Assembly (NCBI GenBank): GCA_965242965.1
Contig: OZ251518.1
Coordinates: 4,832,001 to 4,896,000, forward strand
DNA from: Candidatus Poribacteria bacterium
Lineage (GTDB): Bacteria; Poribacteria; WGA-4E; WGA-3G
Direction of reading: 5' to 3'
Length of the DNA stretch: 64,000 nt
In this document: one piece after another, positions 37,588 to 47,412 of the stretch
Layout of the letters: every line of letters begins with the position of its first letter
How positions within the stretch are numbered: the first letter of the stretch is position 1
Notes under the pieces: generated by a model
What the model saw: the letters and a program-made list of their open reading frames with translations, nothing else
What the model was told of the DNA's origin: nothing
Database searches by the model: none
Position numbers and translations under genes: made by a program

Positions 37588-38646
37588 CTAGGAACTACGA
37601 AGAGGCAATTCAACGGTGCGTCCCTCACGGCTAGCCTGATAGATGGCAAGGATAATCTCAACGGCTTTGCGTCCTTCGCGGCCATCAACGAGATGTGATG
37701 CGTCGGTTTCAAGCCCGAGGATTAGGTTTTCCATCTGTCGGCGATGGTTGGCATGATTAATAGCCCTCGGGTCGGATGCTCCGCCGCCGGTGTCTGTCTT
37801 TTGCGCGAAATTCTTCCGAATCTCCGCGTCTTCCGGCAGCTCGGGGTCAAATTCCCATTTGACGATGTCCTCTTCCTCTAAGATGACAGTGCCGTGTGTG
37901 CCGGAGATTTCGGTTTTCTTGAGCAGTCCGGGGTAGGCAGCGGTTGTGCCTTCAATGACACCGAGCGCGCCGTTTTCAAACCGTAGCGCGGCGACAGCGG
38001 CATCTTCAACCTCAATGCGTTCGTGTGCTAGCGTATCGGTAAACGCCTGCACCGCTTTGACAGGCCCCATGAAATATTGGAGCAAATCGATGGCATGGAT
38101 GGATTGATTCATGAGCGCGCCTCCGCCGTCAAGATGCCAAGTACCGCGCCAGCCGCCGCTATCGTAGTAATCTTGCGAACGATACCACTTGATATAGGCA
38201 TCGCCCAAGGTAAGTTTACCGAACCGGCCGCTCTCAATCGTCGATTTGACAAGTTGCGTGCTTTCAGTGAACCGGGAATTGAAAATAGCGCACAGCCGAA
38301 CACCGGCTGCATCGCAGGCGTTGATGATTGCGTCGCACCGCGGCAAGGTAATTTCCAGCGGTTTTTCGACGATGACATGTTTCCCTGCCTCGGCAGCGGC
38401 GACGGCGGGTTCAAGATGCGCACCACTCGGCGTGCAAACGCAGACAATATCCAGGTCAGCGCGTTTGAGCATCTCCGTGTAATCGGCGTAGCTGCCGACG
38501 TTGTATCTATCAGTGAGCCGCTTCGCATTGTCGGCATTTCGGGAACTGACAGCGACGAGTTGTCCGTGTGCTAATTCAGCAATGGCCGCGGCGTGAAAAT
38601 CGGCAATCATGCCGCAGCCAATGATACCAAAACCGTAAGTCTTCAT
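37588..38646 (-). CDS. Gfo/Idh/MocA family oxidoreductase
   Basis: GIIGCG.IA, AGKHVIVEKP, GGGALMNQSIH..D. Confidence 0.95.
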   Translation of the reverse strand: MKTYGFGIIGCGMIADFHAAAIAELAHGQLVAVSSRNADNAKRLTDRYNVGSYADYTEMLKRADLDIVCVCTPSGAHLEPAVAAAEAGKHVIVEKPLEITLPRCDAIINACDAAGVRLCAIFNSRFTESTQLVKSTIESGRFGKLTLGDAYIKWYRSQDYYDSGGWRGTWHLDGGGALMNQSIHAIDLLQYFMGPVKAVQAFTDTLAHERIEVEDAAVAALRFENGALGVIEGTTAAYPGLLKKTEISGTHGTVILEEEDIVKWEFDPELPEDAEIRKNFAQKTDTGGGASDPRAINHANHRRQMENLILGLETDASHLVDGREGRKAVEIILAIYQASREGRTVELPLRSS

Positions 38647-38733
38647 TTTTTGTTGTTCCTATCGGTTGTTTGACATTGTCTTGTTTGAACGGACAGATGT
38701 CTTTCTCTGTCCGTGCTAGGTAAATTAACGCTT

Positions 38734-39366
38734 ATGTCCTCTGAAAAAAAACAGACACCAGCCGGGAATCACCCCCCGGCAGAAAATCAAGAATCGGGAA
38801 ATAAAACTTTCAGAATCGTTGTGATGTCCTTTTGCCTTGCGGTGACGCTGTTGTTTCTGTGGGTATGGCATCACCAGACGCAATTCAACGATTATTATCG
38901 GAAAGCGAGTTTCTTAATGCGCAACGGCGATACCGCTGCGGCGATTGAAGCGTATCAAAAAGCGATTGCGAATAAAAACCGCACGCTATTCTTCACGAAA
39001 GAGCCGTCTGCACATAATAACCTTGGGCAGGCGTATCTGCAGGCGGGCCAATTTGCGAGTGCCGTGGCGAGTTTCAAAACAGCCATTGAAATCGCCCCGG
39101 GGGTTGCGGAAGGCTACGTCAATCTGACGACAGCGTATCTGCGGCAGAATCTCCTCGCCGATGCGCGTCAGTTGTGCCTCCGCGCGCTTGAGATGTTTCC
39201 GGAGGTTGCGTTGCTCCACTACAATCTCGCGTGCGCGTATGCGCTGGAGGCTGATGTGCCGAAAGCGGTGGCTTCACTCACACGCGCAGTGGAGTTGAAC
39301 CCGACACTCAAATCCCTTGCGCAGGAGGAATCTGCGCTGAAAGCGATTGTCCCGCTGCTTCGCTGA
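38734..39366 (+). CDS. Membrane-anchored TPR protein
   Basis: N-terminal TM helix; 'AHNNLGQAY', 'HYNLACAYA' TPR units. Confidence 0.85.
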   Translation: MSSEKKQTPAGNHPPAENQESGNKTFRIVVMSFCLAVTLLFLWVWHHQTQFNDYYRKASFLMRNGDTAAAIEAYQKAIANKNRTLFFTKEPSAHNNLGQAYLQAGQFASAVASFKTAIEIAPGVAEGYVNLTTAYLRQNLLADARQLCLRALEMFPEVALLHYNLACAYALEADVPKAVASLTRAVELNPTLKSLAQEESALKAIVPLLR

Positions 39367-39375
39367 TAATTTTCC

Positions 39376-39618
39376 CTAGCCTTGGAGATAACCGGCATTG
39401 GACAAAACTTGTGCTAGATTCCCGGCTTTACCACAATGCCCTATCAGCACCTGCAAATTCCTGCCGCGAAAAAACAGACTGAGTTGTCTCCTTCGCTTTG
39501 GATTTGTCCAGTTAATGCCCCTGCCGTGAAACAGAACGGGCACGTAGGCGATTTTCAAAGGTGTTGGCGTTGGAACAATGCTTGCAGCGAATTCCAAACT
39601 GTTTTCCAATTTTTCGAT
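39376..39618 (-). pseudogene. C-terminal fragment of the interrupted PD-(D/E)xK nuclease
   Basis: IEKLENSLEFAASIVP...YVPVLFHGRG...; no credible start of its own; joins in frame to the 40370-40642 fragment. Confidence 0.6.
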
Positions 39619-39692
39619 ACACGGTCGCACCCTTCCAGTAATAGCCTGTCGGTAGCATGGTATGTCTCCTGTTAGAGGTTGTCCCGGTATTG

Positions 39693-40343
39693 TTATGTTC
39701 CGGGGAATGTAGGTTCGGGTAATGTTTCCAGATACTTATCGATTTCCTTGATAATCGGAAGCATTGGAATGGAAATCTCTTCCCACATTTCGTATTTGGT
39801 GAAGTTTTCAAACGAGTATCGTCTACCGTAGATGCCATGTCCATCAGCAAACAAATCATCGAAGGTTTCGAGTAGCGACCGAAAACTCCATTTTTGTAAC
39901 ACGGGTGGAACCTCAATCTCTACCGATAATGTGCCGTTTTCACCAATTTCGATATTGTCAGGGTCGTATCCTCCACCAGTTATTTCCAATGGACCTCGTG
40001 AGGATCTGAAGATTTGGTCCAGTCTGTTTTGGACCTCTTTTTTCAGAGTGTCATAAAGAGGTACGAGTTTATGGTCCCTCTGGAATGTGTACCAACCGTT
40101 GGTTCTTATTTGAAGAGCTTTGAGTTTTAACTCAACGCCCAGTCCACAGTTTGTGAGCATTACGGTCGAATATCCTATACGGGCTGAGTCGGTTGACGCT
40201 TGGTCCCGCAGTGTTTTGGAAATTTCCGCAATCTCGATAAAACAGGTAGCGTCCTGTTCTAGTTTGAGTAGTTGATTACGGGTTTCCAGATGGAGTTTAC
40301 TATTCCTATTTCTGGGTTTACGCCTTTTTGAAGGTTTACTCAT
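39693..40343 (-). CDS. HEPN-like domain protein
   Basis: 'GLGVELKLKAL...HKLVPLYDTL...RRYSFE' fits the HEPN 'EL.LKA...H.L..L...RY' pattern; visibly more AT-rich than neighbours; GGAG RBS. Confidence 0.65.
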   Translation of the reverse strand: MSKPSKRRKPRNRNSKLHLETRNQLLKLEQDATCFIEIAEISKTLRDQASTDSARIGYSTVMLTNCGLGVELKLKALQIRTNGWYTFQRDHKLVPLYDTLKKEVQNRLDQIFRSSRGPLEITGGGYDPDNIEIGENGTLSVEIEVPPVLQKWSFRSLLETFDDLFADGHGIYGRRYSFENFTKYEMWEEISIPMLPIIKEIDKYLETLPEPTFPGT

Positions 40344-40369
40344 GAAATCTCCGTAGGTGTTGATGCATT

Positions 40370-40642
40370 AACTTCCGATTCTCTTGCTTTGCCGCTCTTC
40401 AGTTCAATTGGAGCGGCTACCAAGTTGTGCGCGGTAGTATCCGCATAGAAGTAGAAGAGGAGCCGGTCACACCGCTTTTTATCCGGGGCACGCACGTCAA
40501 ATTCACGCTCAACATTCACCACGATTCGAGCAGTGGGGATACCGTTCATGTAAACCGTGCATCCTTCGCCGCTGCACGAATGGATAAGGTTGTTTCTATC
40601 CACCCGCGTCCGGATTTCGTCAAGAACCTTGCTTACGTTCAA
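40370..40642 (-). pseudogene. N-terminal fragment of a PD-(D/E)xK-like nuclease
   Basis: 'KRCDRLLF...PIELKSG' motif; the frame runs into the insert and stops at 40340; probable TTG start overlapping the ATPase end. Confidence 0.6.
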
Positions 40643-41804
40643 ATTGACTGCCGCCTTTCGTTTCTTCCAGCCGGTTTTGGAGCCCTGCCGCCCGGTTGTA
40701 GAGTCCTTCAGCCACATCCAAGTATTCCGGCGGTTCTATCCCATCTACGGAGTTATACTTGATTTCTTCCACCGGACTTCCCTTTTGGAACAGCCACACG
40801 CCGACTTCTCTCTTTTTCAGAAATCCCTGCGGTTCGCTTACCTTTTCGCCCAAACCAGCGAGTTCGCCTTCGCGAATCAGATTGCCAATCTGCTGGAGGA
40901 ACCACACACTATGCGTTGTCACAACCACGCGGACTCCCGCGCGGACTAAGCGCGCAAACGTGAATGCCAATTGACTCTGAGCCGCAGGATGCAGGTGCGC
41001 CTCTGGCTCTTCAATAATGAGGAGATCGCCCGGACGCACTGCATTCCGCAACAACAGCACAAGAGGCGCGAATTCCACTACCGCGGACGAGGTATGAGCC
41101 ATACGCAAAGCCGATGCTTCCGTTGGTTCCTCCTGCTGCAGGCGGAAACCTCTCGCGGGACGATACCGCAATCCGGTATCCTCCTCATTGATAGGAGAAA
41201 TTATTTCTATTGCCCCACCGAGTATCTCTGTTTCTAATGCCTTGGCGATGCGATGCATTTCTGCCTCGGCACCGTTATGGGTTTTCTTGAAACCCCCGTT
41301 TTGCTTGAGGAAACCGGTTGGTGTTTGCATCAGGCTGCGGCGGTTGGCAGACAGATAATACGTCCAACTCTGCCTGCGCTCCTCCTTAGTGCGAAAAAGT
41401 CCGGCCCCTGCCTTGGTAAGTTTGTAGTTAACGGTGCCACTAGACATGGAAGTTGACATGTTGAGTGCCCAGCAGATTCGATTTTTCTGGCGGACCTTGA
41501 AGGCAAGTTTCATTCTCGCGCGGGGGTTGCCGGTGCGGCGTTTCAACTCTGAAACCGAGTCAATCCCGAAACAATTTTTCAACTCGGTCCGTAGAATTTT
41601 AGAAAGATCTTCTTCACCGTTGAGCAGACTCGCGTCAGCACGGTGTAGCGCGCAGATAAGCCGCGAGAGATACGTCTTGCCGGTGTTGCTCTCACCGACG
41701 AAGATGGTTAACGGCCGAAGGGTTAGCTCTGCTTTCTCAATCGGACCGAAGTTCTGCGCCACGATTTGGATATTTGAGGGTTTTGTATCGTTGATGTTGT
41801 GCAT
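40620..41804 (-). CDS. ABC-type AAA ATPase (AAA_15/AAA_21-like)
   Basis: NFGPI, GESNTGKT Walker A, IIEEPEAHLHP Walker B, TTHS; start at MHNIN with AAGGAG RBS. Confidence 0.9.
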   Translation of the reverse strand: MHNINDTKPSNIQIVAQNFGPIEKAELTLRPLTIFVGESNTGKTYLSRLICALHRADASLLNGEEDLSKILRTELKNCFGIDSVSELKRRTGNPRARMKLAFKVRQKNRICWALNMSTSMSSGTVNYKLTKAGAGLFRTKEERRQSWTYYLSANRRSLMQTPTGFLKQNGGFKKTHNGAEAEMHRIAKALETEILGGAIEIISPINEEDTGLRYRPARGFRLQQEEPTEASALRMAHTSSAVVEFAPLVLLLRNAVRPGDLLIIEEPEAHLHPAAQSQLAFTFARLVRAGVRVVVTTHSVWFLQQIGNLIREGELAGLGEKVSEPQGFLKKREVGVWLFQKGSPVEEIKYNSVDGIEPPEYLDVAEGLYNRAAGLQNRLEETKGGSQFERKQGS

Positions 41805-41830
41805 TGCTGGCTCCTTAACCTTAATTATAC

Positions 41831-42512
41831 GAGGGTGTTTCATATTTCGATGCAATACCGTAGGAGAGCCCTCGGTGCTTGATTTCCGGTAGGAGAGACC
41901 TCCTGGTCTCGATGTGCCCGTAGCGCGGGGGCCTGTCCCCCGCGATCTCCATCGGCAAGTTATGTTTTTAGGTCCTTTAGGACTACATGTCTATAGCAGC
42001 ACGTGTCGTCCCGTTTTCAAAGTCCCTTAGGACCTTAATAAAACAACGCGCCGCATGTCAAAACCTATTAAGGACCTAAAGGACCTTAGTGTTCTTTGTG
42101 GGTGCGCGTGCTATAGACATTCAGGTCCTACGGACCTGAAGAGAACAAGAGACGTTTTTTCGTTCGCCCCTCTCTGTAGTTTGTGATCGCCCGATCGCAA
42201 ACAGGTCAGGATCAGGCGATCCTGACCTACAGGGCCTGGCACACGAGCGATGGCGAGGGACAGGCCCTCGCCCTACGGTGAAGTGCCATTTTTTTTTCCG
42301 TAGCGCGGGGGCCTGTCCCCCGCGAGCTTTGGATTGCGCGGACAATGGCGAGGGGCAGGCCCTCGCCCTACGGTGAAAGGGGGGCTTTCTCCCGCCGCGG
42401 CCCCGGGAGGCGCGCCGCCCTGTTGCATCGAGACCGGGAGGTCTCTCCTACCGGAAGAAATCGAGACCAGGAGGGCTCTCCTACGGTATTGCATTGAAAT
42501 ATGACCCCCCTC
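41831..42512. mobile_element. MITE-like shell with ~43-bp imperfect TIRs and a 13-bp flanking direct repeat
   Basis: Left GAGGGTGTTTCATATTTCGATGCAATACCGTAGGAGAGCCCTC, with its inverse at 42471-42512; ACCTTAATTATAC at 41818-41830 and 42513-42525. Confidence 0.7.
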
Positions 42513-42608
42513 ACCTTAATTATACACCTTTTCGGCGAGAAATTGCAACCGAACCCAAATTGATTTCAAAGGGTGTGGCGAGAGCGGGGCTCTCGCCTGA
42601 CAGATTCC

Positions 42609-43400
42609 CTACCGCTTCAAATCGCCCCACGTCGTTGCAAGTTTACCGCGCACGGAAACGACGAGCGTCTCGTTGATAATCTGCTGGATATCTGCCGCCG
42701 CAAGCGCATAGTTGGCAAGCATCATCTCATCAAGAAGACCTTGGAAAAAACGCGGGCAACACCCGTTATTTTCACCGCCAAAACGCAAAGCTCTGTCCGG
42801 CATGCTGCGACCGGGGCCCTTCTGTGCGATAGGCTTCCCACTAGGCTCACCGTTGAGATAGAACTGCGCCTCACTCCCATCCCATACCAGCGCGACGTGC
42901 GTCCACGCTTTGGCTTTCACCTTACCGTCAGAAATGTGGTAACCCGGCGCAGTGGTATCGTAGAAATAGTAGGCGAGCTGCCCCGCGCCCGGTTCAATCT
43001 GCAAGTAATAGGTATTTTTGTAGAAGATAGTGAACTTGTTTTCCTGTCCGCCCGCGGGGAGTTCGTCAGGATAAATCCACGCCATCATCGTGATGGCTTC
43101 GTCAATGTCCACCTCATCGGAGTGAGGCACTTCCACAAAAGCGGCTTTGCCGACAGAACCTGCCATCTGCAAGGCGGTTCCAGAGATGCCTTCAGCCCAC
43201 TTGACATCGCCGTTGAGTTCGCCGACTAACGCAGCTGTTGCATCCTGTGTCTCTTTCCCTTTGCCTTCATCGAAGTGCCAGACGTATATCTGTTCCCCTA
43301 ATTGCTTGACGTTGCCTTTTCCACCCGCCGCTAAACCGAACTGGCAGATGGATAAACTCATCACGGAGACGATGAGCATTTGCGTTAGATAGGTTTTCAT
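42609..43400 (-). CDS. Secreted LamG-like domain protein
   Basis: Start at MKTYLT (AGGAGG RBS); 'WHFDEGKG...ITMMAWIYP...WTHVALVWDG...FQGLLDE'; C-terminal VSVRGKLATTWGDLKR. Confidence 0.9.
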   Translation of the reverse strand: MKTYLTQMLIVSVMSLSICQFGLAAGGKGNVKQLGEQIYVWHFDEGKGKETQDATAALVGELNGDVKWAEGISGTALQMAGSVGKAAFVEVPHSDEVDIDEAITMMAWIYPDELPAGGQENKFTIFYKNTYYLQIEPGAGQLAYYFYDTTAPGYHISDGKVKAKAWTHVALVWDGSEAQFYLNGEPSGKPIAQKGPGRSMPDRALRFGGENNGCCPRFFQGLLDEMMLANYALAAADIQQIINETLVVSVRGKLATTWGDLKR

Positions 43401-43511
43401 GCGTGTCCTCCTTTTGAGACGAGAGGGCTCTCCTACAATCGGGACAGGCACTAGGCAGATGGGTAGGCGCGGTTTCAAACCGCGCCTACGGAATTCGTGC
43501 TGTTGAGTGCC

Positions 43512-44279
43512 TTACCGTTTCAAATCGCCCCACGTTATCGCCAACTTGCCACCGGGGGATACGGCAAAGTAAACGCCTTTGTCCAAATCTTGATTAATCT
43601 CCTCGGCGGTGAGGGCGCGGTTGTAGATGGCAACTTCGTCAACATAACCAACCATGCCGGGAAGGTTTGTCTGCGCCTTGCCGATACGGAAAACTACCTC
43701 GATGCTGTTAATCTTACCGTTCGGCGGCTTGAATTCGACATCTAACTCGCCATCAATATATTGACGAATCATGTCACCGTCGTAGGTAGAAGCGACGTGA
43801 TGCCATTCCTCTAACGCCGGCTTGATAGTCTGCTTGTTTCGCGAACCTTGCCAGCCACCGATGTTAATCCATGTCTCAATCTGCGGCGCGCCTGTAAATT
43901 CCGCACTCCATTGGAGACAATAGCCGCCGACGTTCGCCGCGCTCCTACGTCCCATCAGATTGGAATCTCCCTGCGATTCTTCAGGGAAAAACCACGCTTG
44001 AATCGTCAGTTCATCGGTGATGTCTAATTCCGGCACCGCCGCTACTTCGACAAATGTTTCAGAATCTTCGAGATAGACGCAACCGCCGATTTTGCCGTCT
44101 TTTGACAAAACCGCGCCTTCAAGGGTGCCCTCAAGGTTATTCCCACTGACATCTTTGACGGTGCCGCCAGCATCGTCGTCAAACGGGAAGTAGAGCATGA
44201 GTGCCTTGTCATCGTTGAGTGCCCACGCGCTGGCAACGCTTAAGGCAACGATGAGGAAAACCGTGATAGCTGATTTCAT
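43512..44279 (-). CDS. Secreted LamG-like domain protein
   Basis: Start at MKSAIT; 'LYFPFDD...WHHVASTYDG...VDEVAIYNRALT'; C-terminal AVSPGGKLAITWGDLKR. Confidence 0.9.
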   Translation of the reverse strand: MKSAITVFLIVALSVASAWALNDDKALMLYFPFDDDAGGTVKDVSGNNLEGTLEGAVLSKDGKIGGCVYLEDSETFVEVAAVPELDITDELTIQAWFFPEESQGDSNLMGRRSAANVGGYCLQWSAEFTGAPQIETWINIGGWQGSRNKQTIKPALEEWHHVASTYDGDMIRQYIDGELDVEFKPPNGKINSIEVVFRIGKAQTNLPGMVGYVDEVAIYNRALTAEEINQDLDKGVYFAVSPGGKLAITWGDLKR

Positions 44280-44300
44280 GATGTGTCCTCTTAGTTGAGC

Positions 44301-44650
44301 ATGGCGGGGGACAGGCCCCCGCCCTACGTTCATCGGGATGTTTGCGATGGCGGAGGACAAGTCCCCGCGCGCCGTTCATCGGGATGTTTGCGATGGCGGA
44401 GGACAAGTCCCCGCGCGCCATTCATCGGGATGTTTGTGATGGCGGGGGAACAGGCCCCGCGCGCCATTCATCGGGATGTTTGCGATGGCGGAGGACAAAC
44501 CCCCGCGTGCCGTTCATCGAGATGTTTGTGATGGCGGAGGACAAACCCCCGCGCGCCGTTCATCGGGATGTTTGCGATGGCGGAGGACAAACCCCCGCGC
44601 GCCATTCATCGGGATTTTTGCGAGAGCGGGGGAACAGGCCCCCGCGCTAC
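44301..44650 (-). repeat. Eight-copy tandem array, 46-bp period, REP-derived
   Basis: Units start at 44301, 44347, 44393, 44439, 44485, 44531, 44577, 44623. Confidence 0.9.
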
Positions 44651-46285
44651 CTAAAATGTGGAAATCTGGATTTCCTTCGCCGTGATAAACTCCAACAACG
44701 CCGGAACACCCTCCTGCGTTTTTTGGATACCACGCTGGAGTGCAGGCACAATCTCATCTGGGGTTTCAACGCGCTCGCCGTAACCACCGAACGCCTTCGC
44801 CATGTCCGCATAGTTGCCGGAGATATCGGTGCTGCGATACTTTTCGGTAGACACCGGCATAATCGGAATCTCAATAGCCATCGAAAAATTGTTGAAAAGC
44901 ACGGACAAAATCGGGATGCGCTCCCGCACTGCTGTCTCGAAATCCATGCCTGTAAAACCGATGGCGGCATCTCCCCAAACGTTGATACAGAGTTTGTCTG
45001 GCTTGGCGAGTTTCGCACCCATCGCCAAACCGAGGCCGTAACCGAGCTGCGTCGTCTTACCCCAACCGATGTATGAGAGCGGCGCAACAGACTGCCAGAA
45101 CGGTGACAGCTGATCTCGGGGGCTCCCCGCATCGTGCGTGATAATCGTGTTTGCGACATCCACGGTATGCAGCATGTCCCAGATGACGCGATACGGTGTC
45201 ATCGGCACAGCATCGGAGGTGAGTTTCGGCATCCACTGCTCCAACCATTCCGCCTTAATCGCCTTAATATCTTCGGTTACCGCCGCCGTGCGGCTTTCCG
45301 ACGCGCCACCGGAACGTTCGCGAACGGCTCCTACCAATCCCTCTAAAATTAAACCTGCATCGCCGATGAGGGGAATTTCAACCGGGACATCTTTGTTAAT
45401 ATCCGCCGGATCCAACGTCGCATGAATGACGCGTTTCCCATCCGGAATCCTGACTCCGAAGCCGGTCCGGGTAAAACTACAGCCGATACCCAAAATCAGG
45501 TCACTCTTTTGGAGGTAGTCATGCACCGGTTTTGGAATAGCACGTCCGCCAGAACCGAGTGCCAACGGATGCTCTTCCGGAAAAGCACTTTTTCCACCGA
45601 GGCTTGTTGTTACCGGCGCGGCGAGGAGTTCCGCCAATTCCTTCAGCGAGTTCCATGCCTGCGCGTAATGGACACCTTGCCCGGCATAGATGATAGGACA
45701 CTCTGCTGCCAATAGGGCATCTGCTGCCGCGGCAATAGATGCACTGTCGGGGCCGTAGCGTGTAGTTGGCACTGGCGTTGGAGCGAATGAGTCAGGGATT
45801 TCCTCACCTAACAAGTCTGATGGGAATTCAACGAGTGCTGGCCGCGGCCTGCCGTTTCGTGCTTGTGTGAAGGCGCGCCGCAATGCCTCCGGCACCGCCT
45901 CCGGCACCGTCACCTGCTCACAAGATTTCGTGACGTGCCGGTAGTTCAAGGCGGAATTGAAGTTCGGTTGAATCTGTGTCAATCCCCGCGAATAGCCCAT
46001 CGGTAGCACGACAATCGGTGCGGAGTCGCCGTATGCCTGCGCGACACCGCCGAACGCGTTTTCGGAGCCGGGGCCGCTCTGCATGCAGAACACCCCGATC
46101 TGCTGTCCGGAAGTCATTCGGCTCATCGCGTCCGCCATGTGCAGGCCGATGCGTTCCTGTCGGACGATGATGGGACGGATGTCAAGTTTCGCCGCCGCCT
46201 CAATTATCGGATTCACGGGATAGGCGAAGAGATACTCTACACCCTCCGCTTTCAGGACTTTCGCAACCGCATCAACAACTTTCAT
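44651..46285 (-). CDS. Thiamine pyrophosphate-requiring enzyme (acetolactate synthase-like family)
   Basis: RQER...HMAD, GPG..N, GDAA...NN TPP-binding motif. Confidence 0.92.
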   Translation of the reverse strand: MKVVDAVAKVLKAEGVEYLFAYPVNPIIEAAAKLDIRPIIVRQERIGLHMADAMSRMTSGQQIGVFCMQSGPGSENAFGGVAQAYGDSAPIVVLPMGYSRGLTQIQPNFNSALNYRHVTKSCEQVTVPEAVPEALRRAFTQARNGRPRPALVEFPSDLLGEEIPDSFAPTPVPTTRYGPDSASIAAAADALLAAECPIIYAGQGVHYAQAWNSLKELAELLAAPVTTSLGGKSAFPEEHPLALGSGGRAIPKPVHDYLQKSDLILGIGCSFTRTGFGVRIPDGKRVIHATLDPADINKDVPVEIPLIGDAGLILEGLVGAVRERSGGASESRTAAVTEDIKAIKAEWLEQWMPKLTSDAVPMTPYRVIWDMLHTVDVANTIITHDAGSPRDQLSPFWQSVAPLSYIGWGKTTQLGYGLGLAMGAKLAKPDKLCINVWGDAAIGFTGMDFETAVRERIPILSVLFNNFSMAIEIPIMPVSTEKYRSTDISGNYADMAKAFGGYGERVETPDEIVPALQRGIQKTQEGVPALLEFITAKEIQISTF

Positions 46286-46304
46286 GTGTTTCTCCTTCTT
46301 TTTT

Positions 46305-46530
46305 TCGTAACGCGAGGGCCTGTCCCCCGCGGAGTGCAGTCATGCTTTTTTACCGTAGCGCGAGGGCCTGTCCCTCGCGATCGCTCGCTCACCGTCGCGC
46401 GAGGGCCTGTCCCTCGCGATTGCTCACTCACCGTAGCGCGAGGGCCTGTCCCTCGCGATCGCTCGCTCACCGTCGCGCGAGGGCCTGTCCCTCGCGTGCT
46501 TTCCGGTAGGCGAGCCCTCCCGGTCTCGTA
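46305..46530. repeat. Short tandem REP array (~39-bp period)
   Basis: Repeated CCGT(A/C)GCGCGAGGGCCTGTCCCTCGCGAT. Confidence 0.85.
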
Positions 46531-46548
46531 TACGCGGGCCTATCCCTA

Positions 46549-47355
46549 TTACGGACTAATCGGCTCACCCGCATCCATGACGATTGGAAAATGATCTCCC
46601 GCCAATTTATCGCCGTTATTGACGGTGACAAAGGGTTTCATGACGTGATTGCCACTTTCATCGTAAAGGGTATCACTTGTCATGTAATGCACGGCGATGG
46701 CGCGCCGCGGACTCCCGCTCGTATTGTCGTGAGAACCGTGCCACGTCAACGCATGATGGTAATGGACATGTCCCTTCGGTACCGGGCAGAGTGCCACTTC
46801 CAACGCATGCTCCTCAAAACGTTCCGGCATCGAGTCAATGTCCTTAACGCCGTGCAAAAACGGAATCTGGTTTCCCCAGTGGTAGGAGCCGGGCACCATG
46901 CGCATGCACCCGTTGCTTTCATCGACATCGTCCAGCGCGACCCAGGCGGTAACCTGACTCGTTTTCGGCGTGAGGATGGGCCAATACGGCGAGTCCTGAT
47001 GCCACATGTTAACGCCGCCGACTTCCGGCGGTTTATATTGCACCTGGTCATGCCAGACGCGCAGTTCCGTCGCCGCTGTCAATTGCCCGATTTCCTCAAC
47101 GATGCGCGGGTTGTAAATAAGCCGATGGTAGGCGGGGCTCGCCTCCCAAATGTTGACGATTTGCCAGACGGGGCTCTCTGCCTTCCCGCCGAGGTTCGCG
47201 ATGCGGACAGGCTGCGGGATATCCGTCTTTTCGTAATCATCAATCACGCGCGCCAATTCGCCGCGCAATTCATCGATCTGCTCGTCAGTTAACACGCGAT
47301 TTCCGAGTAGGAAACCTTTCTTTTGGAATGCTGCCACTTGTGCTTGGCTGAGCAT
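46549..47355 (-). CDS. PhyH-family dioxygenase
   Basis: WHQD..YW, W.ALDD....NGCM..VPGS, HGS..N.S..PRR. Confidence 0.93.
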   Translation of the reverse strand: MLSQAQVAAFQKKGFLLGNRVLTDEQIDELRGELARVIDDYEKTDIPQPVRIANLGGKAESPVWQIVNIWEASPAYHRLIYNPRIVEEIGQLTAATELRVWHDQVQYKPPEVGGVNMWHQDSPYWPILTPKTSQVTAWVALDDVDESNGCMRMVPGSYHWGNQIPFLHGVKDIDSMPERFEEHALEVALCPVPKGHVHYHHALTWHGSHDNTSGSPRRAIAVHYMTSDTLYDESGNHVMKPFVTVNNGDKLAGDHFPIVMDAGEPISP

Positions 47356-47412
47356 ATTCTCCTCCTATTTTGTCCCGAGTCGCTGTTTGAAACCGCGACT
47401 CGGGGGTTGATA

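Noticed and set aside
39619-40369. Integron gene cassette with attC site
   Set aside because: The upstream junction GTTAATG is not GTTRRRY, the TAAC boxes after the stop have no complementary partner at the far junction, and no integrase is in the window.
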